From an uncultured delta proteobacterium (lineage in GTDB: Bacteria > Desulfobacterota > Desulfobulbia > Desulfobulbales > Desulfocapsaceae), in NCBI GenBank assembly GCA_963829695.1, contig CAWHJQ010000023.1:353814-417813 (forward strand): a stretch of DNA of 64,000 nt, given 5' to 3'. A program made the position numbers and the translations under genes. The notes beneath the pieces were generated by a model that saw nothing but the letters and a program-made list of their open reading frames with translations, was not told the origin of the DNA and did no database searches. This document shows positions 39,530 to 50,095 of this stretch, piece after piece. Each line of letters opens with the position of its first letter. Position 1 is the first letter of the stretch.

Positions 39530-41056
39530 ATGAAGACCACAAAGATAGTCGTTTCGAAAAAAAATGTTGAAGACTTTTTCGGGGAGTTACTGGTAACCCT
39601 TGTCGCCCAAGGTACCAAAGGTGAAATTATCGGAGACCAGTTGCTCGGACCGATTTTGAAATCATTGCAGGAGTTTAAAGAATTCACCGGCAAAAAAGAA
39701 GAATTATTTCAAATGTATCCATCACTTGGACAATTTGACGGATTTTCGCGATGCAAAAGGCTCCTGTTTCTTGGACTTGGGGAGTTGAGTGAGTTGTCTG
39801 ATTCCAGTGAAATATTTGAGCTGCTCAGAACTGTTGGAGGAACAATCGCCGGTCAATGCAAAAAAACTAAGATTGGGACGGTCGGTATTTATATTCCGGA
39901 ACTAGAAAGTCTTGATGCTGCCGTGGCCGGGGAATACTTGACCGAAGGGATTCTTCTCGGAGCCTATCAATTTTTGAAATATAAGAAAAAGGATGACGAT
40001 GTTTATCCTGGACTAAAGAAAATTGAGTTTTTCTCCTCTACCGAAAGGTCAAAAATTCGTAAAGGTGTAGATAAGGGTAGAAATAGTGCACTGTCTGTTT
40101 GTGTTGCAAGGGATATGGCCAATGAACCGGGCAACTGTTGGACCCCTGACCATTTTGCCGAATATGCGGTAAATGCTGCCAAACAACTGAACTTGAAATG
40201 CACCATTCTTGAAAAATCCCATATGCTGAAACTTGGAATGGGGGGCATCCTTGCAGTCAATAAGGGTTCAGAGGCACCTCCCAAGTTGGTGATTCTTGAA
40301 TACAGTCCAGAAAAGAAAGCAAATACTGTGTTGCTGGTTGGAAAAGGCCTCACCTTTGATTCGGGTGGGATCAGTCTTAAGCCGGCTCAGGGAATGATGG
40401 ACATGAAGTATGATATGTGCGGGGGAGCGGCTGTTCTTTTAGCAATGGAGGCTATCGCCCGTGAAAAACTTGGAGTAAATGTAGTGGCGATTATTCCTTC
40501 AACGGAAAATATGGTTGGAGGAGGTGCCGTAAAACCTGGTGATATTATAACCCATTTTGGTGGTATTACTTCGGAAATTGAGAATACTGATGCAGAAGGT
40601 CGCCTTATTTTAGCCGATGCCCTTGCCTATGGCATAGAAAAATTCCAACCGGATTGTGTCATCGATCTTGCCACCCTTACCGGAGCGGTGATAATTGCTC
40701 TGGGTCATCACTATTCCGGCCTGATGAGCAATAATGACCAGCTGGCTGAAAGACTTATGGAAGCTGGAAAGATCTGCGGAGAACCTCTATGGCGTTTACC
40801 GCTGGGCAAAATGTATGTAAAACAGATAGAATCAAAGGTTGCAGACATAAAAAATACCGGTGGCCGGCCGGCAGGCAGCATTACTGCAGCAGAGTATTTG
40901 CATCAATTTGTTGGTGATGTTCCGTGGGCACATCTGGATATTGCAGGAACGGCATGGGATTTCACCGAAAAATCATATATCCCTAAAGGCCCTTCCGGTG
41001 TTGGGGTGAGGACGCTGCTCGAATTATTGAGGCGATGGGATAACAGTACATTTTAA
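39530..41056 (+). CDS. pepA: Leucyl aminopeptidase (M17)
   Basis: GKGLTFDSGG, MKYDMCG, NTDAEGRL, ATLTGA, HLDIAGT. Confidence 0.95.
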   Translation: MKTTKIVVSKKNVEDFFGELLVTLVAQGTKGEIIGDQLLGPILKSLQEFKEFTGKKEELFQMYPSLGQFDGFSRCKRLLFLGLGELSELSDSSEIFELLRTVGGTIAGQCKKTKIGTVGIYIPELESLDAAVAGEYLTEGILLGAYQFLKYKKKDDDVYPGLKKIEFFSSTERSKIRKGVDKGRNSALSVCVARDMANEPGNCWTPDHFAEYAVNAAKQLNLKCTILEKSHMLKLGMGGILAVNKGSEAPPKLVILEYSPEKKANTVLLVGKGLTFDSGGISLKPAQGMMDMKYDMCGGAAVLLAMEAIAREKLGVNVVAIIPSTENMVGGGAVKPGDIITHFGGITSEIENTDAEGRLILADALAYGIEKFQPDCVIDLATLTGAVIIALGHHYSGLMSNNDQLAERLMEAGKICGEPLWRLPLGKMYVKQIESKVADIKNTGGRPAGSITAAEYLHQFVGDVPWAHLDIAGTAWDFTEKSYIPKGPSGVGVRTLLELLRRWDNSTF

Positions 41057-41125
41057 TAACGATAAATCCGGATCCAAGAGCAGTGGAAGGAGATTTTAGC
41101 TCAAGAAGAGAGGCCTGGAGGAATA

Positions 41126-42679
41126 GTGCATAAGATTTTGGTGGTAGACAATAAAAACCTCATTTGCGATACTTGCCGTATTGCTCTTGGCAGGTTGGGT
41201 CATGAGGTTTATTGTGCCGGTGCAGATCAAGCTATTGAAGTAACAAGGAATAGTAGCTTTGGACTTGTTATTGTCAATGGACTCCTTGAAGAGATGACAG
41301 GGGTTGACGTCTTTGAAACGATAAGAGAATCCAACCCAACTGTTGCGGGGATACTCATTATAGATCACGCCGGTTCCGATATGGTGATTGACGCAATCAA
41401 TAGAGGATTCAGCAGGGTCTGCAAGCAACCTCTTGACGTGGACCAACTCGTCCAAGCGGTAACTGAAACATTGAAAATTACCAATCTTCGGGAAGAAATC
41501 ACCCGAATGAAAACATTGTTGCCCCTTTATGAACTGGGCCAAAGATTCCTTGCCGCAGACAACGAGCAAGCAATTTACGAAGAACTGGTGAATGCGGTTT
41601 CGCAGGAAGTGAAAGTTCCTTCCGTGTCTGTGATGATGTTTGATGACAGCGCGAATTCTTTGAAAGTTGTTGCCTATCGAGGTCTGAACTCCAGCTATGT
41701 CAAAGATTTGCAGATTAAATCGGGCGAACAGATCGCAGGCAAAGTCTTCCAATCACAGCGGGCAATTATTCTTAATAAAACGAACCAACATCAGAGTCCG
41801 TATCTCAACTTAATGAAGCGGAAGGAGCTTTCGGCTGCAATTTCATTTCCAATTGCCAGCAAGGGCAGAGTACTCGGGGTTCTCAATATCAGCGAAACAA
41901 AGGGTGGTATCCAATTCAGCCAAGCAGATGTCGAGATGTTGTCCATCATTGTCGGTCAGGCGATGATGGCTCTGGAAAACATCAGGTCCATCAGAGAAAA
42001 AGAAGAGAACAGCAGGGTCAGGGCGCTGCTGGAGCAGTATGTCTCTCCTGAAGTATCCAGCATATTGATGAAAAGCAAACAGGATCTGTTGGAAATAGGG
42101 GGTGTCCAGCAGTTAACTGTTCTTTTTGCCGATATTCGAAATTTCACCTTACTCGTCCAGCATTTGAAACCGGCAGAATTACGAGTATTCCTCAATCGTT
42201 TTTTCGAAATGTTTGGGGATATTGTCTTTTCTCACCATGGGATGCTGGATAAATTTATGGGAGACGCAGCGCTGGTAATCTTTGGCGCCCCTGTGAAAAT
42301 TGACAATCCCAATGTTGCTGCGGTCTGTGCTGCACATCAGATTATGTCTGAATTTGACAAACTGCGTATTCTTTGGCAAAAAAAGAACAAGATCTTCGAA
42401 AAAGTTGGATTGGGGATAGGAATTAGCAGAGGGCCGATGTTCCTTGGTAACGTCGGTTCTTCCAGGAGGCTCGATTATACGGTTATTGGAGCCGATGTAA
42501 ACATAGCGCAACGGTTGGCTTCTGAAACGGACTCTGGGCAAATTCTCATTACCGACCGGGTCTATGGGTCATTAAATGATAGATTTTCGGTTAGGGCTGA
42601 AAAAAACATGTTGCTGAGAGGGATGGAATCAGAGGTCACTGTATATTCTTTGTCTGCAGCTGACTTAAAACAATCGTAA
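41126..42679 (+). CDS. Class III adenylate cyclase with receiver-like and GAF domains
   Basis: FADIRNFT, DKFMGDA, DYTVIG.DVN.A.RL; GAF segment GVLNIS..FSQAD; degenerate REC N-terminus. Confidence 0.88.
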   Translation: MHKILVVDNKNLICDTCRIALGRLGHEVYCAGADQAIEVTRNSSFGLVIVNGLLEEMTGVDVFETIRESNPTVAGILIIDHAGSDMVIDAINRGFSRVCKQPLDVDQLVQAVTETLKITNLREEITRMKTLLPLYELGQRFLAADNEQAIYEELVNAVSQEVKVPSVSVMMFDDSANSLKVVAYRGLNSSYVKDLQIKSGEQIAGKVFQSQRAIILNKTNQHQSPYLNLMKRKELSAAISFPIASKGRVLGVLNISETKGGIQFSQADVEMLSIIVGQAMMALENIRSIREKEENSRVRALLEQYVSPEVSSILMKSKQDLLEIGGVQQLTVLFADIRNFTLLVQHLKPAELRVFLNRFFEMFGDIVFSHHGMLDKFMGDAALVIFGAPVKIDNPNVAAVCAAHQIMSEFDKLRILWQKKNKIFEKVGLGIGISRGPMFLGNVGSSRRLDYTVIGADVNIAQRLASETDSGQILITDRVYGSLNDRFSVRAEKNMLLRGMESEVTVYSLSAADLKQS

Positions 42680-42715
42680 CGATGATCAGCTACTAAATCA
42701 GAGCAACTAAAACTT

Positions 42716-42871
42716 GACAAACTCGTAAAAACTTCGATTTCCGATGGATAAGTAAAAAGCTTCATATTGGAGGCGTGCAATTTTTCTATCATTTCGGCGT
42801 ACATACAGTACGTCGTAATGATAGAAAAAATTGTAACAACGAACAAGATGAAGAGTTTTTACGACGCCATC
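42716..42871 (+). mobile_element. MITE family A copy 4
   Basis: Near-identical to copy 1; flanks AAACTT / GAACTT. Confidence 0.9.
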
Positions 42872-42875
42872 GAAC

Positions 42876-43103
42876 TTACAACTCAATATCTACAAGCCAT
42901 GTACCCCCGTCGATAGTAATCTTGTCCAAGTGATGGAGTTGTCTGCCTCGTCTGGTTTCAATAATATTGTTCACCAGAACATCTCCATTTTGTATTCGTA
43001 ACTTTGCTTCAAATCCGTCTTGAACAAGGTTTGCAAGTTTTAAAAATTGACCGAGCCGGATAGGAAGCTCTTTCACCATTATTCTTTCTTTTTGTGTCGG
43101 CAT
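42876..43103 (-). CDS. S4-domain RNA-binding protein (YaaA/YbcJ-like)
   Basis: IRLGQFLK..G.EAK..I..G.V.VN...ETRRGRQL. Confidence 0.88.
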   Translation of the reverse strand: MPTQKERIMVKELPIRLGQFLKLANLVQDGFEAKLRIQNGDVLVNNIIETRRGRQLHHLDKITIDGGTWLVDIEL

Positions 43104-43170
43104 TTTGAGGATTTCCAGGTGTACCAGAGGTGAGCAGCGGGAGAAGCTGATTTTAAAATTATTCGAATAA

Positions 43171-43263
43171 TTAGTGCCTTACAGATTGTTTTCATTCATA
43201 AAAACAAGAAAAACAATCTGCGAAAGGTACTTATCCCGGCTTATTTCCCGTTTACCGGGGTTA
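43171..43263. repeat. Repeat family B copy 4 plus GC hairpin
   Basis: TTA-[GTGCCTTACAGATT..AATCTGCGAAAGGTAC]-TTA-[TCCCGG..CCGGGG]-TTA. Confidence 0.7.
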
Positions 43264-43422
43264 GATTATTATGGTATAAGCTTATTAAAATTGTTGCTTA
43301 TTTATTAGAGTATTCTTTTAGCAAAACGGTTCTACAATAACAGAAAAAGTAGGACGTTAGAGAGATATACACGTACGAACTCAAGAGATCACGCATTATA
43401 ATTTTACCAGGGAGTTTAGACT

Positions 43423-43935
43423 ATGCAAATGAAATCAGTTGGCAAGAAAATTGGGGGTATTTGTGGTGTAATTTTGTTGATGGGGCTTATGTCCGGATGC
43501 ATGAATGGAATTATTGGTGGGTCAGGATCAAACACGCCACCGGCAAACGATGGCTTAGAATCAGTGGCGACCATGGTAGAAAGCTACGGTGACATCGAAT
43601 TGCCTATTGAGATGACGCTGATACCCGATAAAAGCATTGCAATGAGGACAGATTCCTTCCAGGGAGGAATTCATAAGTACAGTGGTCGTGTGCAAATCGG
43701 TTCTCTGAGAGATTATATCATTGCGTCAATGCGTAATAACAAATGGAAACTGGTTGGTGAGGCATCGTATAAAAATATGATGCTTGCCTTCACTAAGCCC
43801 AATAAAACATGTATGGTCGTTTTATCAGAGGGTTTGTCAGGGGTGTTAGGTAAAACTGAAGCAGATTTTTACGTAACTGTTGATCTGGCAGCGATGAACA
43901 AATTAAATACGTTTGGCGCACCGGTTAAACAATAA
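43423..43935 (+). CDS. Hypothetical lipoprotein
   Basis: Signal peptide with lipobox MSGC; GGGAG RBS. Confidence 0.8.
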   Translation: MQMKSVGKKIGGICGVILLMGLMSGCMNGIIGGSGSNTPPANDGLESVATMVESYGDIELPIEMTLIPDKSIAMRTDSFQGGIHKYSGRVQIGSLRDYIIASMRNNKWKLVGEASYKNMMLAFTKPNKTCMVVLSEGLSGVLGKTEADFYVTVDLAAMNKLNTFGAPVKQ

Positions 43936-43959
43936 CCATTCGGTGTATTGATGAATATA

Positions 43960-43999
43960 CCGATCTGCTTCGACTAATCCGATCTGCATCGACTAATCC
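43960..43999. repeat. 19-bp tandem duplication
   Basis: CCGATCTGC(T/A)TCGACTAAT x2. Confidence 0.75.
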
Positions 44000-44013
44000 A
44001 TAGAGGAGAAAAC

Positions 44014-44053
44014 AAAAAAGGCACTTAGCGTATTAACGCTAAGTGCCTTTTTT
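44014..44053. terminator. Bidirectional intrinsic terminator
   Basis: AAAAAAGGCACTTAGCGT / ACGCTAAGTGCCTTTTTT. Confidence 0.85.
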
Positions 44054-44057
44054 GGTT

Positions 44058-44080
44058 TGGTGACCCCAAGGGGACATGAA
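44058..44080 (-). other. tRNA-Glu-like 3' fragment; probable att site of a genomic island
   Basis: Minus strand reads TTCATGTCCCCTTGGGGTCACCA (T-loop remnant, T-stem and acceptor 3' strands, CCA), followed by a terminator; the 5' half of the tRNA is absent. Confidence 0.75.
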
Positions 44081-44083
44081 TTG

Positions 44084-45127
44084 TTATTTCTTGTTATTCT
44101 CTTCTATCAACAGTTCGATGCGGCGGTTTTCCGCCTTGCCCGCCTCGGTATCGTTAGCACGAATGGGCCGATAAGAGGAGAAGGATCTTGACTCAAGTTG
44201 AGCCTCACTTATCCCTTTTTCAGCCAGGAAATGAACAACATTAATAGAACGAATGGAAGCCAGCTCCCAGTTTGTTGGAAACCTGGAGACAAGCTGAGCG
44301 CTGATAGGCACATTATCGGTATGCCCTGCAACTATAATATTAATATCTTTTCGGTCTCGCAGTGTCTCTGCAACCTTATTTAGCAGGACCTTCCCTCTGT
44401 CTGATAATACAGCGACTCCGGACGGATAGAGCACAGTTGCCGCTACCGAAATTTTAATTCCTCGAGGTTCCTGGGTGATTTTCACATCCTCGCCTGAAAG
44501 TTTTTCTTTAAGTGTTTTATACGTCAAATGATTTGCTGGTTGATAGGTTATATCAAACACAAGATCATTGACATCGGAGCCGTAATACGTGATCGTATTG
44601 AGCTTGCGAACCCATTCACCAACTCGATTGGCTTTGTAGCCAACCGGTTCAAGGGTAACGGGAAACACCCAGGTGTAAGCTATTTTTGTAAAGTTGTCCG
44701 GGTTATTCCAGAGTCCATAATGGCCGGCAGGCGTTTTTACTTTCTGTGGCCAGTTGTTAAAATGGAAGACACCATCCTTGGTGACTTGCAGGCTGGGTTC
44801 CAGCCCGATTCTCTCAAGGCCGGCAAAATTTCTTCCAGGAAATTTCAGAAGGGTGAAGCCCTGTTTTGATTGGGTATCCCAATTATATTCTATGGGATAG
44901 ATGTATAAAAAATTCCTGATGTAATCCTCTGGGTTGAATCCTACTTTGTTTTTGAACCACATGTTGTAGCTTGCGTAGTCTGAGCGGCTGGTTGTATAAA
45001 CTAAAGCATTAAGACCGTCTGCTTCAAGGTAATAGATTTGCTCTGACATGGCTCCTGAAGACGCTTCTGCGAATGATGCCGGCGCAAGCAGACAAAACGC
45101 TATCAATATTTTTGTTAGAAACCCCAT
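44084..45127 (-). CDS. Secreted protein with C-terminal OmpA/MotB peptidoglycan-binding domain
   Basis: Signal peptide; GHTDNVPI, NWELASIRS, NRRIEL. Confidence 0.85.
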   Translation of the reverse strand: MGFLTKILIAFCLLAPASFAEASSGAMSEQIYYLEADGLNALVYTTSRSDYASYNMWFKNKVGFNPEDYIRNFLYIYPIEYNWDTQSKQGFTLLKFPGRNFAGLERIGLEPSLQVTKDGVFHFNNWPQKVKTPAGHYGLWNNPDNFTKIAYTWVFPVTLEPVGYKANRVGEWVRKLNTITYYGSDVNDLVFDITYQPANHLTYKTLKEKLSGEDVKITQEPRGIKISVAATVLYPSGVAVLSDRGKVLLNKVAETLRDRKDINIIVAGHTDNVPISAQLVSRFPTNWELASIRSINVVHFLAEKGISEAQLESRSFSSYRPIRANDTEAGKAENRRIELLIEENNKK

Positions 45128-45150
45128 TAAACAACCCCCATTTCTTCAAA

Positions 45151-45200
45151 TTCTGAGTTAGTCTGATTACGATAGTTCTGAATTAGTCTGATTACGTTAG
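45151..45200. repeat. 25-bp tandem duplication upstream of the OmpA/MotB gene
   Basis: TTCTGAGTTAGTCTGATTACGATAG / TTCTGAATTAGTCTGATTACGTTAG. Confidence 0.75.
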
Positions 45201-45320
45201 GTTTGATGAAAATATGTATATATTCGGAATCGTAGATGTAACAAGTTATAACAGCTATGAATGTTTATAACTAAATGAAATAACGTATATAACAATTCTA
45301 TGCTTCATGCAAAACCGTAC

Positions 45321-46611
45321 TTACCGACCTACCAATGTTACAGTTTGGTCGTAATTTGGCATCTGTTGTGGGGTAAATCCGGCCATAATTTCTGGGAAAT
45401 GCAGGATGGCCAAGTCCTGACCAAGGAGAAGTTTGACTGAAACCCCTGGGTTCTCCAGAGATTCAACCTGCTTCATGACTTGATATCCAGGAACCATAAG
45501 AGCAATTTTGAAGGCATCCTGAAGGTATCCTTTCCGGTAAAATACAATACTTTTCTTAAAATCGAAATTTTGTTCATTGGTAATACTGGTGATATATCGA
45601 CCCTGCTCACTGAAATAAACAGCAGACCTTGCGGCTATGCCTTTTACGCCGGTGCCGTTGGACACCTCTAAGATAACCTTCCGCTTACTCTTTTGGATCT
45701 TCGCGTTATCAATGTTAACAGCGAAATTTCCTTTCCCGGAGACAGATTTATCTTGAAACGGTTCTATTGGTTCAGTTATCTGCTGAGGTGAATTGAGAGG
45801 AATGTCATTTTGCATGGAATCAGCAAGCCGCAGGGTGTTGATCTGACTCGTTGTACCAGTAGCCAGCACCACTTTCTTCAACACTCTTTTCCTGTGTCTT
45901 GATATTATTTTTCACGGATACAATGTCTTCCTTGACACTTTTGTCGTCCCCGGCGAAGCCGAAGAATTTAAGCGTAGAATCGATGATATCAGTAAACCAG
46001 TTGCTCTTATCATCAGAGGCTGGTGCTGCTGATGGCATCGGGTCTTTACTGTTGTTGACAGCCAAAACAGGCGTCATGGTCGCTTCTTTTTTGCCTGTTT
46101 TTTTGTCTAGCCTGTAGGAAGCCATGGTAAGATTATTTTTAATGCGACGACTTTCCGAATCAAGGGAGGCAGCCTTCTCAAACAGGACAACAGCCGCTGC
46201 CCGGTCACCGCGAAGCAGGCTGGAAAAGCCGTAATTATTGTACAAATACGATTTGTCAGGGGCCAGGGCTATGGCGTCTTTGTAGGCCATCTCTGAAAAT
46301 GTATACTCTTTCAATGCATCATAAGATATGGCGAGGCTGTTATACACACTGGCATCATCTGTTTTTGCCTTGATCGCCTTAATAAATTGACCAATAGCCT
46401 CTCTATGCTTTCCCTGCTTCTGATAAAATCCACCAAGCCTCTTGTAGGCATCAACCAGATTGGAACGGGGACGAGTTTTTTGCCAAAATTTATCCGTCCT
46501 ACTCACATTGCTTGTATCTACACCCTTTCCCCAGAAGGCATAATCAGTTGTCTGCTTATTTGCACAACCAGAATTGAACACCAAGAGAAAAACAGCGAAG
46601 AGTAACAACAA
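45321..46611 (-). pseudogene. TadD-like TPR lipoprotein with LytR_C domain, split by a frameshift near 45820-45890
   Basis: Lipobox NSGC and TPRs (YNNYGFS) in one ORF; LEVSNGTGVKGIAAR..LLLGQD in the overlapping downstream ORF. Confidence 0.65.
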
Positions 46612-46656
46612 TCTTATATGTAGTTTTTCGCATTGTATCCCCTCTCAGATATCAAT

Positions 46657-47609
46657 TTATAATCTACCAGCAAATGCGTTGACTATTGAAATTGCGGCAG
46701 GACCAACTATCACTACAAAAAGTGCTGGGAAAATAAAGAAAATTAATGGAAAAACAAGTTTGACAGGAAGTTTGGCAGCTTCTTCTTCCAGGCGGGCATA
46801 TCTCTTTTGTCTCATTTCCTCAGCATGTACCCGCAGGGTACTGGCAATGCCGGTACCAAAACGTTCTGCCTGTATCAGTACATTTACAAGATTCTCCACT
46901 TCATCAATATTAATACGTTCAGCAAGATTTTTCAAACAAGCGTTTCGCATTTTTCCAGTCTTCAATTCCAAAGAAAGTATTTTAAATTCCTGAGAAAGAT
47001 CAGGGCTGGTAAGCTCCATTTCCTTTGCAACTCTGGCAATAGCAGAATCAAGTCCCATGCCTGCCTCAATACAGACAACAAGCAAGTCCAGGGCATCAGG
47101 AAAAGAGCGCTCAAATCCTTTCTTGCGCTTGGATGCCCTATAACTCAGCCAAAATGTCGGCAGCAGTAAACAGAGACAGATTAATAAAAATGAGATTAAT
47201 AAAAACAAAGGAGAAAAAATTTGATGCGTTACAGTGACATAAGCACCCAGGGAGGCAATTGTTACCAGCAGGCTAAAAATCTTAATTAGCCTGAATGTCC
47301 TTACAGAGCCGGGATCATACAATCCCGCCTGCTGGAAAGGTAAAGGAGTAGTTGCATAAATGCCGGCAGAATCAAAAGCCTTTTTTGCGGGAAAACAGGC
47401 GGGAAAAAGTTGAACGTCCATCTTTTTTCCCTGCTGGGTTACTTTCTGCAGAGGAGCGAGTGATTATTTTGGCCGGCGCCCATTTTTTCAGCACGGTTAA
47501 TAATTTTTTTGCTTTTCCTGCGGGCAGCAGAGTAGCTGTAACCACTGATGATCAAAAAAAACGCCGCAAGAAAGATTGATCCTGCTATGAGGAGAGGGGT
47601 AACTTCCAT
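46657..47609 (-). pseudogene. tadC: TadC (type II secretion F family), N-terminus frameshifted
   Basis: FPDALDLLVVCIEAGMGLD, QAERFGT, EEEAAKLPVKLVFPL; hydrophobic start MEVTPLLIAG at 47609 is out of frame. Confidence 0.8.
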
Positions 47610-47618
47610 TTATAGTAA

Positions 47619-48573
47619 CTATTCGATATTTGTAATTCTATACATTACATACATACCGATAGACATCAGTATGCACGCTGCGCCTATAATATACGGCCCA
47701 TTGGGATCGTTCAGTAAAACATCAAGATATTTCCTGTTCACAAAATATAAGTAGAGTGCAAAAGCAAAAGGTAATGCGGAAAGGATTATACCTGAGAGTT
47801 TGCCCTCTGCTGCAAGGGCTTTAACTTTTTCTCTAAATCGAAATCGTTTTCGGATAGTTGCAGACACACTCTCAAGGAGCTCAACCAGATTTCCGCCGGT
47901 TTCTCGCTGAATACTCACAGACGTGGCAAAAAATTTAACATCCTGGGTATTCAATCTTTCCGCAAAAGCGTACAGAGCTGAATTGAGTCCACGCCCGAAA
48001 TTCACCTCTTCAACTACACGGCCAAACTCCCTCCCGACAGGGTCGCTTATCTCATCAGCAACCATTTTCATGCCGGTCATGATTGAATGTCCAGCACGGA
48101 GTGAATAGCCGAGCAGATCAAGCGCCTCGGGAAATAGCCTCTCAAATTTAGCAGACCTTTGTTTTCTTTTTATAATAAGGTATAGGGTAGGCAGAATTGT
48201 TGCGAGGACAGAATAGACGATAGAAGAAGTAAGGCTTTTATTAAGAAGTAAGGGAATAAGGAAACCAAAAGCGCCCAGCGCAAAAGACAACAAGAAATAC
48301 ACGCCAACAAGCATCTTGGTCCCACTCTGCTGAAGGAATATATCTATGCGGGAAAAGAATTCAAATTGACTGAAGAGCCAGTTCAGAGGAGGAGCGTCGC
48401 TTAAGTTCCTCCTGTAGAGAATATCAATTTCCGTTTCGGTTATTGGGGTAGCTGTATACTTCTTGGCTGTCCTTTGAACCGACCGTTTGTCTTTTCCTTT
48501 AAAGACAGAATAAATTGCCTCCAAGCAAAAAGAGAATAATAATGAATATGGCTACACTTATTAAAATTTCCAT
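47619..48573 (-). CDS. tadB: TadB (probable frameshift in extreme N-terminus)
   Basis: PEALDL..LRAGHS, IQRETGGNL, AEGKLS. Confidence 0.85.
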
Positions 48574-48617
48574 TGATCAAATAAATTATAAAAGTGGAGT
48601 GTTAAGAGATAGCAAAG

Positions 48618-49994
48618 CTAAAAAATCTCATCCGGAAGGTCTATACCCATTACAGTAAACTTGTCTAAAAACCTTGGCCGTACACCATGCATTTGGAAAT
48701 CCCCTCGAACAATCCCATCATCTCCTATGCCGGTCTGGTTAAAAGAGATAAGTTCCTGCATGCTAATGACATTGCCTTCCATGCCGGTGATTTCCTGAAG
48801 GCTTAACAACTTTCGTGACCCATCCATAAGCCTGCCCAGCTGAATAACAACATCAATAGCTGAGCTGATATATTTTTTAATATATTCACTAGGCAGGTTG
48901 AAGTTTGCCATATTCACCATAGTCTCCAGCCGCAACAAAGCATCTACCGGAGTATTTGCGTGTACTGTGGTCAGTGAACCCTCATGGCCGGTGTTCATAG
49001 ACTGAAGCATATCAACAGCTTCAGAGCCACGCACCTCGCCAATCACAATTCTATCCGGCCGCATACGAAGACAGTTTTTAACAAGATCACGTTGAGTTAC
49101 CTCGCCCTTACCCTCAATATTAGCAGGTCGTGTTTCGAGACGGACAACATGTTTCTGCTTCAGCTGCAACTCGGCTGAATCCTCTATAGTTACAATGCGC
49201 TCATTTTCGCCGATAAACCGGGACATAACATTGAGCATTGTGGTTTTTCCACTGCCTGTGCCGCCGGAAATAAGTACATTAAGCTTTGCTCTGACAATAC
49301 CTTCTAACAATAAACCAATAGGATCATTCAGTGTTTTAAGAACGATAAGATCATGCAACTCCAGAGGATCAACTGAAAAACGTCTTATGGACAAGCTTGG
49401 CCCATCGATGGCCAAAGGCGGAATGATAGCATTAACCCGGGAACCGTCTGCCAGTCTGGCATCGACCATGGGGGAACTTTCGTCGATTCTTCGCCCTACG
49501 GCGGAGACGATCTTTTCAATGATACGCATGAGATGAGCATTATCTTTAAACCGAACCCTGGTAGGCTCTATTTTACCATAACGTTCGACATAAACAGTCT
49601 TATAAGTATTTACCAAAATGTCTGATACCGTTGGATCGGCCATCAGTGATTCCAATGGCCCAAGACCAAGTACCTCGTATTGGATTTCTTCAAGCAGCCT
49701 TTCTTTCTCACGCTGGTTGAGAGGAACCACCTCTACACTCTCGTTCAATAAAATATTTTCAGTTATTTTTCTGATTTCACGATGCAATATGTCATGGTCG
49801 ATGGAATCCATGAGTGTAAGATCTATAGTTTTCGTCAGCTGATCATGAATTCTGGTCTTTAAACTAAAATATTCGTCAGAAACGAAAAAATCTTTTGCAA
49901 CCTGCATATTATTTGCAGAAGCCAATTCCTGTGGGTACTGAGAATTAGTTTTATTCTGGCTGAGTCGCTGTAATCGTGCTTGCAGTTCAGACAT
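48618..49994 (-). CDS. tadA: Tad pilus ATPase TadA/CpaF
   Basis: GRRIDESSPMVDARL, GGTGSGKTT, LRMRPDRI, MNTGHEGS. Confidence 0.95.
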   Translation of the reverse strand: MSELQARLQRLSQNKTNSQYPQELASANNMQVAKDFFVSDEYFSLKTRIHDQLTKTIDLTLMDSIDHDILHREIRKITENILLNESVEVVPLNQREKERLLEEIQYEVLGLGPLESLMADPTVSDILVNTYKTVYVERYGKIEPTRVRFKDNAHLMRIIEKIVSAVGRRIDESSPMVDARLADGSRVNAIIPPLAIDGPSLSIRRFSVDPLELHDLIVLKTLNDPIGLLLEGIVRAKLNVLISGGTGSGKTTMLNVMSRFIGENERIVTIEDSAELQLKQKHVVRLETRPANIEGKGEVTQRDLVKNCLRMRPDRIVIGEVRGSEAVDMLQSMNTGHEGSLTTVHANTPVDALLRLETMVNMANFNLPSEYIKKYISSAIDVVIQLGRLMDGSRKLLSLQEITGMEGNVISMQELISFNQTGIGDDGIVRGDFQMHGVRPRFLDKFTVMGIDLPDEIF

Positions 49995-50095
49995 GTGAGT
50001 TCTTTATTTATTGTTTTTGGTCTGAGTACCTGGAAATTGAATTAAGGTACCTTCAAAGTAACACTAAATGGATTTCTGATATTCCAAATTAACAA

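Noticed and set aside
41096-41752. 218-aa minus-strand ORF
   Set aside because: Antisense to the well-supported adenylate cyclase.
44058-44130. Intact tRNA gene
   Set aside because: Only the 3' 23 nt are tRNA-like; the rest is coding sequence of the OmpA/MotB gene.
43960-45200. Short tandem repeats at 43960 and 45151 as CRISPR arrays
   Set aside because: Only two adjacent units each, no spacers, and no cas genes in the window.
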